From positions 1 to 64,000 of IMG/VR virus record IMGVR_UViG_3300044617_000796: a stretch of DNA of 64,000 nucleotides, one strand, 5' to 3'. Origin of the DNA: a virus. The notes under the pieces are model-generated. The model was not told the DNA's origin. It worked only from the letters and a program-made list of their open reading frames with translations, and ran no database searches. The position numbers and the translations under genes are program-made. This document shows, piece after piece, positions 13,801 to 21,886 of this stretch (positions are counted from its first letter, which is position 1; every line of letters begins with the position of its first letter).

Positions 13801-16800
13801 CGGGCTTTACCTCTAGATGAAGGCTGCAGGTCCATTTCTTCAAGAATTACTTTATTTCCTTCATCCAATAAAGTTTGCAATTTCTTCTTTGCTTCTAACA
13901 TTTCTTGTTTTTGTTCTGCGATTAACTCATCAAGACCTAAAACCGAACCTAGCAATTCATTTTTTGTAACAGGAAGAGGTGGATTTGTACTTGCAACTCT
14001 AGCAAGTGATGAAATTTTAGCTTCTCTTAATTTTTGAATTTTAAGCCTGGCTTCGTCAATTCTCTTATTAAGAACATAGTCAGGTTTTATTTTTGCTTCA
14101 GCAGCAGCTCTTTTAGCAGCAGCCGCATCTGCATCTAACGAATCAGAGCCAGACCCAAACGCTTTTCTTGCTGCTTCATCTGCGGCTCTTAGCTGTACTT
14201 GCGCATCATTGCCTGGAACAAGTACTTCGTTTTTAACAAGAGTAACCATCCTTTCGCCAGAAGCGTTAACGCTTTCTACAAAACTATGAGTCTTTGCACG
14301 AACATTTCTGAATGCTCTTCTTAAATCATCACCATAAGAAGATAGAGGTCCAGCCTCATTAGCAATAATATCTACCTCATCAACAATGTTTGGAAGAAGC
14401 TTATCTATATCTTTAAGTGAATTAACAACTGTTGTTGATGATTGTTTTACTACTCCATTAGTAATTGATTCTGCCGCAATAAAGTGGTCTTCTATCGCTC
14501 GCTTAACATCATTAACGAGCACTGGCTTTCCAGCAGTCAAATCAGTGATAGTCCTCCCTGTTGCTCCCATAGGAGTATCCAGCATGTTGTCTAATCTCAA
14601 TTCATTAATAGTAGCCAGCGTCTGATTGAGACCAACATTAACTTGCTCAGCAATACTGTCTGACACAGATGCAATAACTGGTGCGAGATCCGCTCGGACT
14701 GCCTTACCCATACCCCTCAAGCCACGGATTGAAGCCAAATTCTTTAGTCTCTTATCAAGACCTTCTTCTCCAGTAGCTAATGTAAAAATACCTTGTTTAG
14801 TTTTATCAAATATTTTTGTTTTAACCGCATCCAAAGTGCCTTTACTTACAGTAAAAACACCACCTTTAGAAAAAGCATATTCCAGTTGATCTGAAATAGG
14901 CTTGCCAGCCTGCACATACCATTCCCTGATCTGATCAAAAGAAAGTTTTACATTATCCCCAGCTCTTGATAAGAATCTCTGGATAGCAACTGGACCAAGT
15001 GGGTCTCTCCCAAGAGCAATTCTGTTTTGACTTATATTAGACAGCAACTGCGCTGGGTTGAACGGGGCTTGAGGTCTTGCAACCGCAGAAGCTGCTTGCA
15101 TTGCACCAGCGGCTGCATTCGCAGGGGAGAACAAGAGGGAGCCAGATCTCTTCTTAATACTATTAAGAGTTTTTTCTAAATCGTTAAATGATTTAGCAGT
15201 AGATGTTGGGAACAATGTTCCTTTTGGATAAGTCGTAACTGTTGGTGGTCTTAACCTAGCCTTTCTTGCCTCATTTGCGGCAACAGCCGCTACGGTTTCT
15301 TCTGGAGTTAGGTCATCAGCGATTGCACCGCCAGATCCTCTTGGCGCTCTTGGTGTTCTTGTACTTCCAGGACCACCAGATGTTCCTCCAAAAGGAATAT
15401 TGTTCTGAAAATAGTTTGGACCAGCGAAAAGGTTTGGTCCTTGAAATCTATGCATCGCATTTGCAAATTGAGCTACGATATCATCAGATAGATTTGCTGC
15501 ACCTTTAGTGACACCACTTTCAGCACCAGCTGCTACTTGAGCAGCACTTTGAGCCGCACCTTGAGCATTAATGGTTTTTAGATCGTTCATGAACTGATCT
15601 GTTTGAGGAACAAACGGTTGCATCCGTTTCATATTTACAGCCTTATCTGAGCCGTAAATGCCTCCAGCTTGAATAGCTTCTTTAGCAGGAAGCGAAATAC
15701 CGCTAAAATCATAAGCTTCTTTTAGTTCTCTCGCCCCCCTCTTTGATTTGATCAAGAAACCATCAAGGTACTGAACAACTCTTTGTTGACCACGCAACAA
15801 ATTTGGATTCATAATTAAGTCTTGAAGGCTTGCAAACTGGAGTGTGGTCCCAGAAACAATTCTTGATAACTTAACAAATATGCCGACTGCACCGCCGAAT
15901 GCATTCTGTATTGTTGTGAAAATCATTCTTACAGGACCAGACAATGCGACAATGCCTAGTAAGGCGCTTGCTAATTTTGCAACAAATGGATTATTTTGTA
16001 AAAAAGATGCAAGCTTCTCTAGGACTGGAAGAAGACCTTTGAGGAAAACATCAACAACTGGAACGACTGCTCTACCCAGAGCCATCAACGATTCTTTTGC
16101 TCTGCGATATCTTACTTCAGGTGTATCTTGAGACAACTTAAGTTCTGCCTCAAATTGTTTTCCAGCAAGTGATTGAACATCAAAAGCTTGCGCCATTAAT
16201 GCTTTACCAACTTCAGTAGACATACCAGATATAAAGTCAGAGTTTTTGCTGTTAGCGCTCTCAAGAAGTTTTTGTGCTGTTTTTTGACCTCTTTGGATAG
16301 CTTGCGCTTGGGCAGTTAAGACATCACTACTATCTTTTTCAATAGCCGCTCTATGTATATTGCTAAGATCCAAGAATTGATTGATTGCAATTTTTTTAGA
16401 CCCGATAGCGGCTAACTCAACATTGATTGAGTTCTGCAGGATATCTGCCGTTGTTCTTTCAACAGAGCCGTAAGTTTCTAAGCTTGTTTGGAAAGCTGCT
16501 AGCTGAGCGAATGCGGTCTCCATTCTTGGACCTTGACGAACACCGAAAAGTCTTGAGAAGAATTCCAGAGCGCCTTGTTTGCCCTTACCGCCTTCACTTA
16601 CAGACTTTGATAAAGTCCTGTACGCATCAGTCAGCATTTGAATGTTTTCCATTCCAACGCCAGCTGAATATTTAAACCCTGTTCCCATTTCAGCATTTAA
16701 CTGATTAATAATTTGCGTATTCTGTTTGGTCATTGCAACCATTCTTTGCAAAGAAACCTTAACCGAGTTAGCGGATGCACCCACCTGGAATCCAGCGCCA

Positions 16801-17939
16801 ATCATTGGAATAACAAGCGACATGGCTTCAGTCATTGACAAACCAAAGCTTGTTGCGGCAGCTGTAACTTCTGGGAATGCGTCAGCTATGTTTCTTAGGG
16901 ACATAACTGTTTTGTTTTCAATCGTGTTAAACACAGCCAACTGACCTCTTAGCTGGCTAATTATCTCATTCGCAACCTGATCACTGTTGATATCAACCGA
17001 TTTACCAGTCTCTCTTCTGATACGAAGAATTGTTTGGTACATCGTCTGAATAAACTCAGAAGACTGGGATATATCTAGGTTTCCTAGTTTCTCAGTCTCT
17101 GCTGTCATTCTTGTAAGGTCTCCAAGAACAATTCTGCTTGATATGCCCAATTCAGCAAAGTCTCCAGCGAGTGATTGTATAAGCACTCTACTGGTGCCCC
17201 AATCTCTGGTGATCTTATCTAAATCTTTTCCAAGCTCTGCGGTAAATGTTCTTGCCGCCTTCACTTGTCCTTCAAAATCACCACCTGCACCTATCTGATT
17301 AAAGTTGTCAAGAATAAGTTTTGTAGTTCTATTACTTTCGGTAGCAAGTTTAGAATAACTAAAAAATGCTTCTCTTAAGCCAGCGATTAACGGTAATGAA
17401 AAGTTCCTAAAAAAGTTATAAGCAGACTGCTGATTCTTCATCGCATTCTCGCTTGTTCTTCTGGAGTAATCAAGAAGAGCGACTTGCTTCATTGCTTTTT
17501 GCAAATCATTGCTTGACAATTTCATTGCATTCATGTGCTTTACGCTTTGCGACATTGCAGCGTTTGATCTGGTTAGTGCCATTGGGTCAGCAGAGCTTTG
17601 ATTCAACATTCTCTGGGCTGCAGAGTACGCTTCTGCAGATCTAGTTGCTTGGTCCAATACACGCTTCTGTATTTCTACAGCTCTCGTCATTCTCCCCAAT
17701 GGATTCAATGACTGAGTTATTTCTCTTGAATATTGAGAAACTCCACTGGCGCTCAACCCCATTGATTGGTTAAAAGCTTTTGTTACATTAGCATTCTGAA
17801 CAGCTCTTTGTGACAAAGTAGCAAGATGTTGCGAAAGATTAACTATCTGGGCAGATAGTTCAGCCGCCTGTTGTGCAGCATTACCTTCCATATTAACATT
17901 TAAATTGACATCGTTGTTAGAGTTAGAGGTATCAGACAT
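4812..17939 (-). CDS. Tape measure protein, very long (4375 aa)
   Basis: Follows the major tail and chaperone genes. N-terminal helical TMP core, hydrophobic stretches, coiled coil, and C-terminal 'GG...LHGGEYV' motifs. Confidence 0.9.
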   Translation of the reverse strand: MSDTSNSNNDVNLNVNMEGNAAQQAAELSAQIVNLSQHLATLSQRAVQNANVTKAFNQSMGLSASGVSQYSREITQSLNPLGRMTRAVEIQKRVLDQATRSAEAYSAAQRMLNQSSADPMALTRSNAAMSQSVKHMNAMKLSSNDLQKAMKQVALLDYSRRTSENAMKNQQSAYNFFRNFSLPLIAGLREAFFSYSKLATESNRTTKLILDNFNQIGAGGDFEGQVKAARTFTAELGKDLDKITRDWGTSRVLIQSLAGDFAELGISSRIVLGDLTRMTAETEKLGNLDISQSSEFIQTMYQTILRIRRETGKSVDINSDQVANEIISQLRGQLAVFNTIENKTVMSLRNIADAFPEVTAAATSFGLSMTEAMSLVIPMIGAGFQVGASANSVKVSLQRMVAMTKQNTQIINQLNAEMGTGFKYSAGVGMENIQMLTDAYRTLSKSVSEGGKGKQGALEFFSRLFGVRQGPRMETAFAQLAAFQTSLETYGSVERTTADILQNSINVELAAIGSKKIAINQFLDLSNIHRAAIEKDSSDVLTAQAQAIQRGQKTAQKLLESANSKNSDFISGMSTEVGKALMAQAFDVQSLAGKQFEAELKLSQDTPEVRYRRAKESLMALGRAVVPVVDVFLKGLLPVLEKLASFLQNNPFVAKLASALLGIVALSGPVRMIFTTIQNAFGGAVGIFVKLSRIVSGTTLQFASLQDLIMNPNLLRGQQRVVQYLDGFLIKSKRGARELKEAYDFSGISLPAKEAIQAGGIYGSDKAVNMKRMQPFVPQTDQFMNDLKTINAQGAAQSAAQVAAGAESGVTKGAANLSDDIVAQFANAMHRFQGPNLFAGPNYFQNNIPFGGTSGGPGSTRTPRAPRGSGGAIADDLTPEETVAAVAANEARKARLRPPTVTTYPKGTLFPTSTAKSFNDLEKTLNSIKKRSGSLLFSPANAAAGAMQAASAVARPQAPFNPAQLLSNISQNRIALGRDPLGPVAIQRFLSRAGDNVKLSFDQIREWYVQAGKPISDQLEYAFSKGGVFTVSKGTLDAVKTKIFDKTKQGIFTLATGEEGLDKRLKNLASIRGLRGMGKAVRADLAPVIASVSDSIAEQVNVGLNQTLATINELRLDNMLDTPMGATGRTITDLTAGKPVLVNDVKRAIEDHFIAAESITNGVVKQSSTTVVNSLKDIDKLLPNIVDEVDIIANEAGPLSSYGDDLRRAFRNVRAKTHSFVESVNASGERMVTLVKNEVLVPGNDAQVQLRAADEAARKAFGSGSDSLDADAAAAKRAAAEAKIKPDYVLNKRIDEARLKIQKLREAKISSLARVASTNPPLPVTKNELLGSVLGLDELIAEQKQEMLEAKKKLQTLLDEGNKVILEEMDLQPSSRGKARVQKAGAERLKEIQDDFDFEFDLMQKHEKRLLARRNLVLDASPAGIQTQIDDIMLSLPDDIKAGIQDIDKAVNDGVSDLSMRSERRVARMKRAFADVKKEIKAAVPMNPMWNAVKQQIPMGSDGSPLDAFRYSGSRFFNDTRFQQPNARMFDARRGLSLPTSIKSFFGMDRVKGSFKVPKSLSAAAITQGEQIIFQFAEQLETQLGSVLANTAQADIKHITRVLQNLKPTSVSKDLATFMTSIVNLPQDQIEMAMGNTLTEIKRAITTQTGAGVGGKGMKSGSLQSWKALLERMRRGSQGLDTDASGNPIVKGIREFFFSGKIKKGAINTTSAKGISTALESAFVASMKGGFEGLGGADDAGVTEVARRLTVESNRPGLGRQRAAKKALKDAGKKTADAVKSIANDIEGFLTAPAAVMADIASKVDMAGAKSSSMIRAATDKVMKPIVKVYKPGELFPGRAPSITPAVTQAVNAATSSTVTPTPQTLKGLKNTEIELPATKRQAEKMMESAQRELARQLGIDAKASGASAKIKKLSVANFEKEIERLQGMIAGEQKLLDTFTSPAMRKGPERNLAKLNKQLKELAFARDKYVVAEFALATAAAEAVPTAPSTIAPTGATGATAPTAPPPRVPTPTTPVIPTPVTPSATGGAGKVIDIKKIGHIFKGPNLFQGPNIFDSSLSDLIPNFDELLSPVGEAAETMADAGDEVATSLSRVLAASEAHKLTGNLVGPGEVGEASRLSRTRTRLFGMKGIGVPSVTAGLDAAKIAGTAGLVEALADKKLRLKFDDAGALIGMSRIKKLGGEMAISFDRANSILAGRLLPNFTRFKKLFSSGIVKGWAFALTGGLTAAVKPAQSLLKAITATGEASMRGKARAAIDTLVESRDGKKTGVVRKAMAGLSGATGGINSLAAIGSKAADVMFKIVRAIVMIGTVAAVALPIIVLMFGIFQAWKSAQGRLTATTEALKQSLTNLKDAVVALFAPIRDMVNGFLGASSIGSTFMTQGEKNAAMFYGIATAIKKATGFMKKWAETTGKAFMTNQVAPFLARLINRFILLGGAIKSAFSGDKEAAGKKLKAFLYSLIYELLNFTKGITDVIAMVLKGLIPVLVTIAKVGVVVFREMFIALVSMAAEAGAGMARNLAADLMTAGFGKEYLKYIGDPFASLVTGNGFKIKGEQSSEQFSDGFSTGLSGKLSKLIDPIKGGLDSALTKGMSEVAKKYAELMGQGINIPLAQRLKNPKAYQDALKYNAKQSADAATAAGESLGGNVNKGIKDKMKEIKDTIKGYFYSNVDAKFENIIQQYIDALTKQKDEQLKAYDDQIAGIDALAEAEERLTAKKEYETKRREMLDQRETDRANYLVERRLAVYEGRAFDVRKLDREEALAQRNSAQEIKELDSGRLSQLQSEQRDLAKQAIANQKDLAEKQFQEVLDTFDRFIEDVKNKSFATQEEFAAALAGVGERANLSSAELAKVFAANIGELPRIIAGVRDPSINMFNTNMDELIKEASKKFGLDANVANPATLLGAVRMMAIGSEEGFKAAFNPAFAAAYVQPAIDAIAKITSSLSEKGNKNNIAEIWQKAGTDAFEKLRGELNRDIAFPKILESFKKLFEDLKPLVKQIVDLAGEASGALGGIGDNIVPGAAFTQEDRKNLEQYLLKFAPSDAGRRGDFSLNSPSLQKVVGIIMRDYDKGSEYMMSNIGSYGLNGLERVLLQGYLNNQTVSPGVPTLMRPLPGSVIRSYNGGHIRQFVRGGFLDAPSSQGIPALLHGGEYIINHKAVEKFGKGNLEKINALRHGGDLKGFASGGYMTTPGFANGGYMTTPGFAKGGSVRKYGVEDQKDILAKKALQTLQGPYATSIPVVASPTINLRSLPLVKNNLAGEGGISTVRSASFGIGKGEVLLPTVVQGKILSNTNAFNAYASGGYKNHLGIYANTAAASKAAEVIHLSEANRIGQVAKAQAQRNVDLKNAGIAKNFVGPIAPVIKPKEKSWWQKALPIVKEIARPRNSFAIAGGIIGGILGLPALGIGSVGGSAIGAGIGGAIGEFTEQIFDDIKGLQPFNIAKNALMQGTLDYAGGKVMTKVVAPIMKAKFPGVGTYLEGKIARPILDLFKKPGIKPFNPSILKPENVFDIQMQGPRPAIPPAPVKNPAVSVEDVFKDGFAPRASAAFAGSDGAIDKQVLDLFDELDNIASGQTNKLTTQLQRDVLKARLQAQGLIPRSMESLDEVGYYNSIIDNLLGVRSNVAPTDEILAEWAENMGKIDPAQLANDIFQQTGDIPMPKSFDPRIIPASREVIDFNNLQKDIAWATSRLLKDSDGVLPPDVLENIAKARNIKPGMEWWLQEQSDLLLPKANQPISFINKFGPGGKDIYKETSDIFMSLRERMALAPKELTTGGSGGALEIIKKITPIKTYKAGTGVLGEMPKYNYDTGGLDLKQLGLYVHKIGKENVVFGGMKSPLKGLAKRNPSLNIKSVGLNPYEISNLKPGTVEGDAIANEWARAIIGFTDVMGNSKDDTFISALLYNWKRNKDLFAMLKFKEYESLGSIAVNEQKVKMSGNTGEIIDTIVKGKKDYFKLKDLFVTHETPYPVDIDELGNLTLKPMSAFDTTSMVSFKGPYPGGPYNLGDKAEYFRDTLHFALNHRVTGHGFRENVQEGNFIISQLLPMLKNNPGALDNLYTVDTFFTPPPGKGLNFPAGTFKVVPIKKGSGINPTDELEKYMIEVLKITEQADVGSTFGTISPEQIIQKYKISGGDHGSEDYADNAISFLFAKLLGVKTGRHFDQFNSSTMFGSMKQGANINPSEYLNSYYYPMAGENAWSRVMSRNPFAQNFDMPYDNPQLMEKIQKVYDTFKMNEMSFPGGLPYNRRAYNGGYMPKFKKGGYLKFKEGGEVPSILHGGEYVLNSAAVKKYGLAHLEAMNQMKFNVPSAGFSVPQASYSGSAAGGMTTSTQNVNIYVDNFIGEPEWFNSMMKDYNTKILPKNQKAAGLENRVISTYNGLNRGQ

Positions 17940-17986
17940 AATTCAGCCAACAGTAATTATCGCATATTGGGGTAATTAAAGCAAGA

Positions 17987-18343
17987 CTAATCTTGTTTCT
18001 TAACAGTTTCATAACCCATACCAAACTTCATGTCCATAATGTCATGAACCTGCGCTGCTCTTGGTGGAGTTGGATCATACCAATCATCTTCAAAATCAAC
18101 CTCAGCACCTTGCGAGGCGGCAGCAATTTTCATCTGCATGCTTGTTTCATTGTTGCATGCTCTATAAAGCAAAAATAATTCATTTAGGGTTAAATGTTCT
18201 TCTAGCGATCCCAGGCTAACCCATGCTCCTGTTTTTACAAATATTTCAGATTCATATTTGAGCAGGGGAATATCCTCCCACTTCAGATCAGAACCCTCCT
18301 GACCTGAAGTGAGCTGATCCCCCTCTTCGCCTAGAAGGAAGGG
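17987..18343 (-). CDS. Tail assembly chaperone C-terminal extension (gpT-like), probably reached by -1 frameshift
   Basis: The frame of ORF 17987-18172 stays open upstream past 18343 and overlaps the end of the chaperone in the -1 frame (..WEDIPLLKYESEIFVKTGAWVSLGSLEEHLTLNELFLLYRAC..). Confidence 0.65.
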   Translation of the reverse strand, partial: PFLLGEEGDQLTSGQEGSDLKWEDIPLLKYESEIFVKTGAWVSLGSLEEHLTLNELFLLYRACNNETSMQMKIAAASQGAEVDFEDDWYDPTPPRAAQVHDIMDMKFGMGYETVKKQD

Positions 18344-18636
18344 TCTGAACCCATTGCGGCTGACATGAGTTCGCCAAACGAACGCAGGTCAAGCACATCT
18401 TCAAGTTTTTCCTTGTTGTTACCAAGCTCAGGATCAACAGTTGCCAATGCAATACCAGCAGCTTCAACCATGATGTCAATATCAGCATCAGAAAGAGTAT
18501 CTTCTGTCTTCAAATCCTTAACTACCGCCATGAACTTACGCAAGTTACGAATAGTTAGAGGCTTAATTGTTCTTGTCTTACCATCAGCAAAAGTAATTTC
18601 CTTACCTGCCAAAATGTCTTTGTTTTTATCACTCAA
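18331..18636 (-). CDS. Tail assembly chaperone (gpG-like)
   Basis: Lies between the major tail and tape measure genes. Likely TTG start at 18636 after AAGGA. Confidence 0.8.
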   Translation of the reverse strand: MSDKNKDILAGKEITFADGKTRTIKPLTIRNLRKFMAVVKDLKTEDTLSDADIDIMVEAAGIALATVDPELGNNKEKLEDVLDLRSFGELMSAAMGSDPSF

Positions 18637-18745
18637 AATGTTTCCATCCTTATGTCTCGTATATAAAGGGCTTCGCCCCTCGGTTATTAAGTTTATCACA
18701 AAATACCAAGGGGCGACTGCCTTTAGCTGAATTATTTAATTACAA

Positions 18746-19327
18746 TTATGCGGTTTCGTCAATGATTTTGCCGTACTCGTAACCAACATCTGCTACTGTT
18801 GGCAAAATTCTAAAGCCAACTGTGAACATTGTTGCTTCTGCACGCTTCATTGCAATTGTGGATGATTCCATTGAAATTGCACGCTTTGTGTAGAATGAAC
18901 GGGTAAGCAAGTCACCTGCTGTTGAACCAGGTGCTGTACCTGTAACAACGAGTGCCTTCTCGTAAGGGATTACTCCCTGTGCGCCAAACAAGAATGTCTT
19001 TGTATTTGCGCCATCATTGTTTGCCTTAACCGAATCTCCGCCAGTTTCACTGTCGTAGTTCCATGCTGTTGCAAGGTTATTAAGAGTTCCTTCTGCAAGG
19101 GTTGTCTTAACCATTACCTTTACCTTTGACTGAATTACCTTAGCGGCATCGCCAAATTGGTCAATTTCAATATCAACCATGTCTGGTTCCCACGAGATTT
19201 CCAAACCGTTTTGTGTTGCTCCAATGTCAGCAAAGTTATTCATTGCTGCAATGTTTGTTGCGTTAGCATTTGTACCAAGTTTAATGGTTGCCTCGCCAAC
19301 GATAATGTTAGAAACATTAACTGCCAT
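18746..19327 (-). CDS. Major tail (tube) protein
   Basis: 193 aa with 'NIIVGEA...DIGATQNGLEI...IEIDQ...VKTTLAEGTLNNL'; GGAGG RBS; synteny. Confidence 0.85.
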   Translation of the reverse strand: MAVNVSNIIVGEATIKLGTNANATNIAAMNNFADIGATQNGLEISWEPDMVDIEIDQFGDAAKVIQSKVKVMVKTTLAEGTLNNLATAWNYDSETGGDSVKANNDGANTKTFLFGAQGVIPYEKALVVTGTAPGSTAGDLLTRSFYTKRAISMESSTIAMKRAEATMFTVGFRILPTVADVGYEYGKIIDETA

Positions 19328-19338
19328 TTTACTTCCTC

Positions 19339-19536
19339 CTATTTATCCAGGCGAAATATCTTTCTGCCTTTCTTATCACGCCATTTAGCGATCTTTTCTA
19401 TATCTTTGGCATTGACTTCGCCAAGGCGATTGCCAATACCGAGACCTTTATTCCATTCAAATTCGTAAACTGAGTTACGAAGCTTAACGACATAGCTCGG
19501 TGTTTTACCAATATATGTAATAGTACTATACTCCAT
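19339..19536 (-). CDS. Hypothetical protein
   Basis: 65 aa, with a leaderless-type TGgTAAAAT promoter directly upstream. Confidence 0.6.
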   Translation of the reverse strand: MEYSTITYIGKTPSYVVKLRNSVYEFEWNKGLGIGNRLGEVNAKDIEKIAKWRDKKGRKIFRLDK

Positions 19537-19560
19537 ATGTTATTATTTTACCATACCCTT

Positions 19561-19974
19561 CTATACATTGCAGATCTTAAAGTCTAAATTCATTCTGTAC
19601 CAGCCATTTAGCTCTAAAGGAGCCGCTAAACTAGAGCCAGTCTGATAGCTGGAAAGAATACGACTATTGCTACCCGTCACTCCACCCGCCTGAGCTATTG
19701 TACCAGTTTTTCCGAGCAATTCCAGGATTCTCTCCGAAATTTTGAATAATCTATCTACATCCGTATCAAATATTGAATACCTGATATTATCTTTTCTCAT
19801 CCAGTAAGCATCTGGGTTGGGGACTGATGGGCTGTAGAAGTAGACTACAAACGGGGCTGACTCACCATTTGTAGCGGCAATTGGGGCAAAGCTCATTACT
19901 TTACCCGCAATTGACTGTATTTCTGCATCATTTTTTAAATGAGTATTTACATCATAAACACTTAATTTAGCCAA
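19561..19974 (-). CDS. Tail terminator/completion protein
   Basis: Synteny and an 'APFVVY' motif; TTG start after GAGGTG. Confidence 0.65.
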   Translation of the reverse strand: MAKLSVYDVNTHLKNDAEIQSIAGKVMSFAPIAATNGESAPFVVYFYSPSVPNPDAYWMRKDNIRYSIFDTDVDRLFKISERILELLGKTGTIAQAGGVTGSNSRILSSYQTGSSLAAPLELNGWYRMNLDFKICNV

Positions 19975-20317
19975 TTGATTCACCTCGTAAAGAATTGCCA
20001 ATGCTCTCTTTAACAATATCAGAAATTAATGTGTTAACCACTCCGTACATTTCATCTAAATTAAATTTGTATCCATTAACAAATTTCCAATAATTTTTTC
20101 CAGCAAAAGTAATAGTTATTCGCATAGAAGACTCACCTGGAACAAAGTCAATCTCAGACCCTTCAAATAGATTCTCATAACGGTCATTCAATTCCGTTCT
20201 TATAAAATCACCTTTAGACATTGCTACTTCACTGAAAGCAGTTTGAATTTCAATATTAATTTTATCTAATCTGTTAACAAGTTTATCCAAATTATTGGTT
20301 ATTTTTACATTAATCAT
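19967..20317 (-). CDS. Neck/tail completion protein
   Basis: Synteny; overlapping start/stop codons with neighbours. Confidence 0.5.
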   Translation of the reverse strand: MINVKITNNLDKLVNRLDKINIEIQTAFSEVAMSKGDFIRTELNDRYENLFEGSEIDFVPGESSMRITITFAGKNYWKFVNGYKFNLDEMYGVVNTLISDIVKESIGNSLRGESIG

Positions 20318-20706
20318 TCCGACTCCACAACTCTTCTAAGCGTAACAATCGTATGGTGTTTTTTGCCATGAATCCCAAATTTTGGCTGTATTCCAACTAT
20401 TTCATAAATAGAATTATCAACCACAACATTATCCCTATCCTTTATGTTTTGAAATCTATTACCATAAGCAATACTTGCATCTGATTTCCTAGGGACAATT
20501 GCTTCAAATTTTGGCACATTGTCCTGATACGGAGTCAGTCTTCTTTCATCCCCAGAAGAAGAGCTGGTGCTGGGGGCTTGAAATTGAAAAGATATTGTAT
20601 CTACCTTTGTGTACGATGCGTATTTCTGACCAGCATCATTTGTGCTTGTGGTCTTTCCGTATATATCCCCTTTGTGAGTGAATTTGAAATAATTCTGCAC
20701 AGCCAT
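20314..20706 (-). CDS. Head closure (head-tail joining) protein
   Basis: 130 aa with a 'NDAGQ...YEIVGIQP' pattern; synteny. Confidence 0.65.
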   Translation of the reverse strand: MAVQNYFKFTHKGDIYGKTTSTNDAGQKYASYTKVDTISFQFQAPSTSSSSGDERRLTPYQDNVPKFEAIVPRKSDASIAYGNRFQNIKDRDNVVVDNSIYEIVGIQPKFGIHGKKHHTIVTLRRVVESE

Positions 20707-21633
20707 TTAAACCACATAGTCCATGATAAACAATGTGTAATCCATAAGCAATATGTCTGCATCAATGTTCCCTGTTGACTCATAGAAGTTTTGACCTGTC
20801 TGAATTCTAAGCACATCCATGTCTGCAGTGTAAATACCATGCCTACGATAGATTGAGTCATCGTTCATCATATCTTCCAAGAGAAGGTCAGCGGCTTGTT
20901 CTATATTGTTAGGAACAAATCTCCAACCAAAATCCCCTTCAATTCTGTACACGCTCTCTGGGTTGAATTTATTAACAATTAAAAGGACATTTACGCTATC
21001 AAGAATTGATTTTCTAAACTGCACATAGTAAGAGCCGCCGAATGCGTGTTGCTCTTTAATCTTTTCAATATGGTTCATTGTTGCATCTTCATAGTCATGG
21101 AGAACAATTTCATCATTAGTTCCTGGATCTGCAGTGACCTTTCTCAATGTCGCTATTGGGTTTGGAAGATGAATTGATTTTTTTCCAGAACCCATGACTT
21201 CAAGATATTTATTTGGATAATAATCAAAAGACTGACCACAGAAAGTATTAATAATATTTCTTACTTTTTTTTCTAATTTATCAAACTTGTCATACCATTC
21301 ATCTTCAAGAGTCGGGTGATCCTCAAAAAATGTATCAATGTCTATATACGGGGTGTAGACATTAAAGTACTGAGATTGAGTGTACGAAACAGCACTCACT
21401 GTGTAAGTAAAGTCAGCTCGGTATTTCCCCGCAGCATTTAGAATATAGATACCAGACGCTTGTTGACCATAGGTGATGGTATAAACTCCAGTGCTTGATC
21501 TTGTTGCGTTTGTTGGACCAGAAACAAGTGATCCAAACTCATGATACAAACTAACTGACACAACATTAGATGTTGGATCACTCGGAAGCGTTAAAGTTAG
21601 CGTTTTACTTGTTTCAATCTTTACATCATCCAT
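20707..21633 (-). CDS. Head-tail adaptor with an N-terminal Ig-like domain
   Basis: 'IINTFCGQSF...GWRFVPNNIEQAADLL...TGNIDADILL' adaptor pattern. Confidence 0.7.
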   Translation of the reverse strand: MDDVKIETSKTLTLTLPSDPTSNVVSVSLYHEFGSLVSGPTNATRSSTGVYTITYGQQASGIYILNAAGKYRADFTYTVSAVSYTQSQYFNVYTPYIDIDTFFEDHPTLEDEWYDKFDKLEKKVRNIINTFCGQSFDYYPNKYLEVMGSGKKSIHLPNPIATLRKVTADPGTNDEIVLHDYEDATMNHIEKIKEQHAFGGSYYVQFRKSILDSVNVLLIVNKFNPESVYRIEGDFGWRFVPNNIEQAADLLLEDMMNDDSIYRRHGIYTADMDVLRIQTGQNFYESTGNIDADILLMDYTLFIMDYVV

Positions 21634-21666
21634 AGTTCAATTATAACAGAATAAGGGTTTTACACC

Positions 21667-21873
21667 CTAGAATATTGACATTGCTACATCAACAGCTAAA
21701 TCAGAAACATCTACTTTAAGTACACCTTTTATATCAAATGATATAATCGCATTACTTGAGTCTTTAAAAAATAAAATACCATCAGCATAATTAATAGCCA
21801 ATTCGCCATATTCCAAAGATGTCGGAGCGGCACTAGCTGTGCCAGAATTTTTAATTTTTATTACATTAGCCAT
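21667..21873 (-). CDS. Small virion protein consisting of an Mtd-N-like fibre anchor domain only
   Basis: 'APTSLEYGELAINYADG.LFFK', paralogous to the N-terminus of 21887-22951. Confidence 0.6.
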   Translation of the reverse strand: MANVIKIKNSGTASAAPTSLEYGELAINYADGILFFKDSSNAIISFDIKGVLKVDVSDLAVDVAMSIF

Positions 21874-21886
21874 TAGCCCCTCTTAA

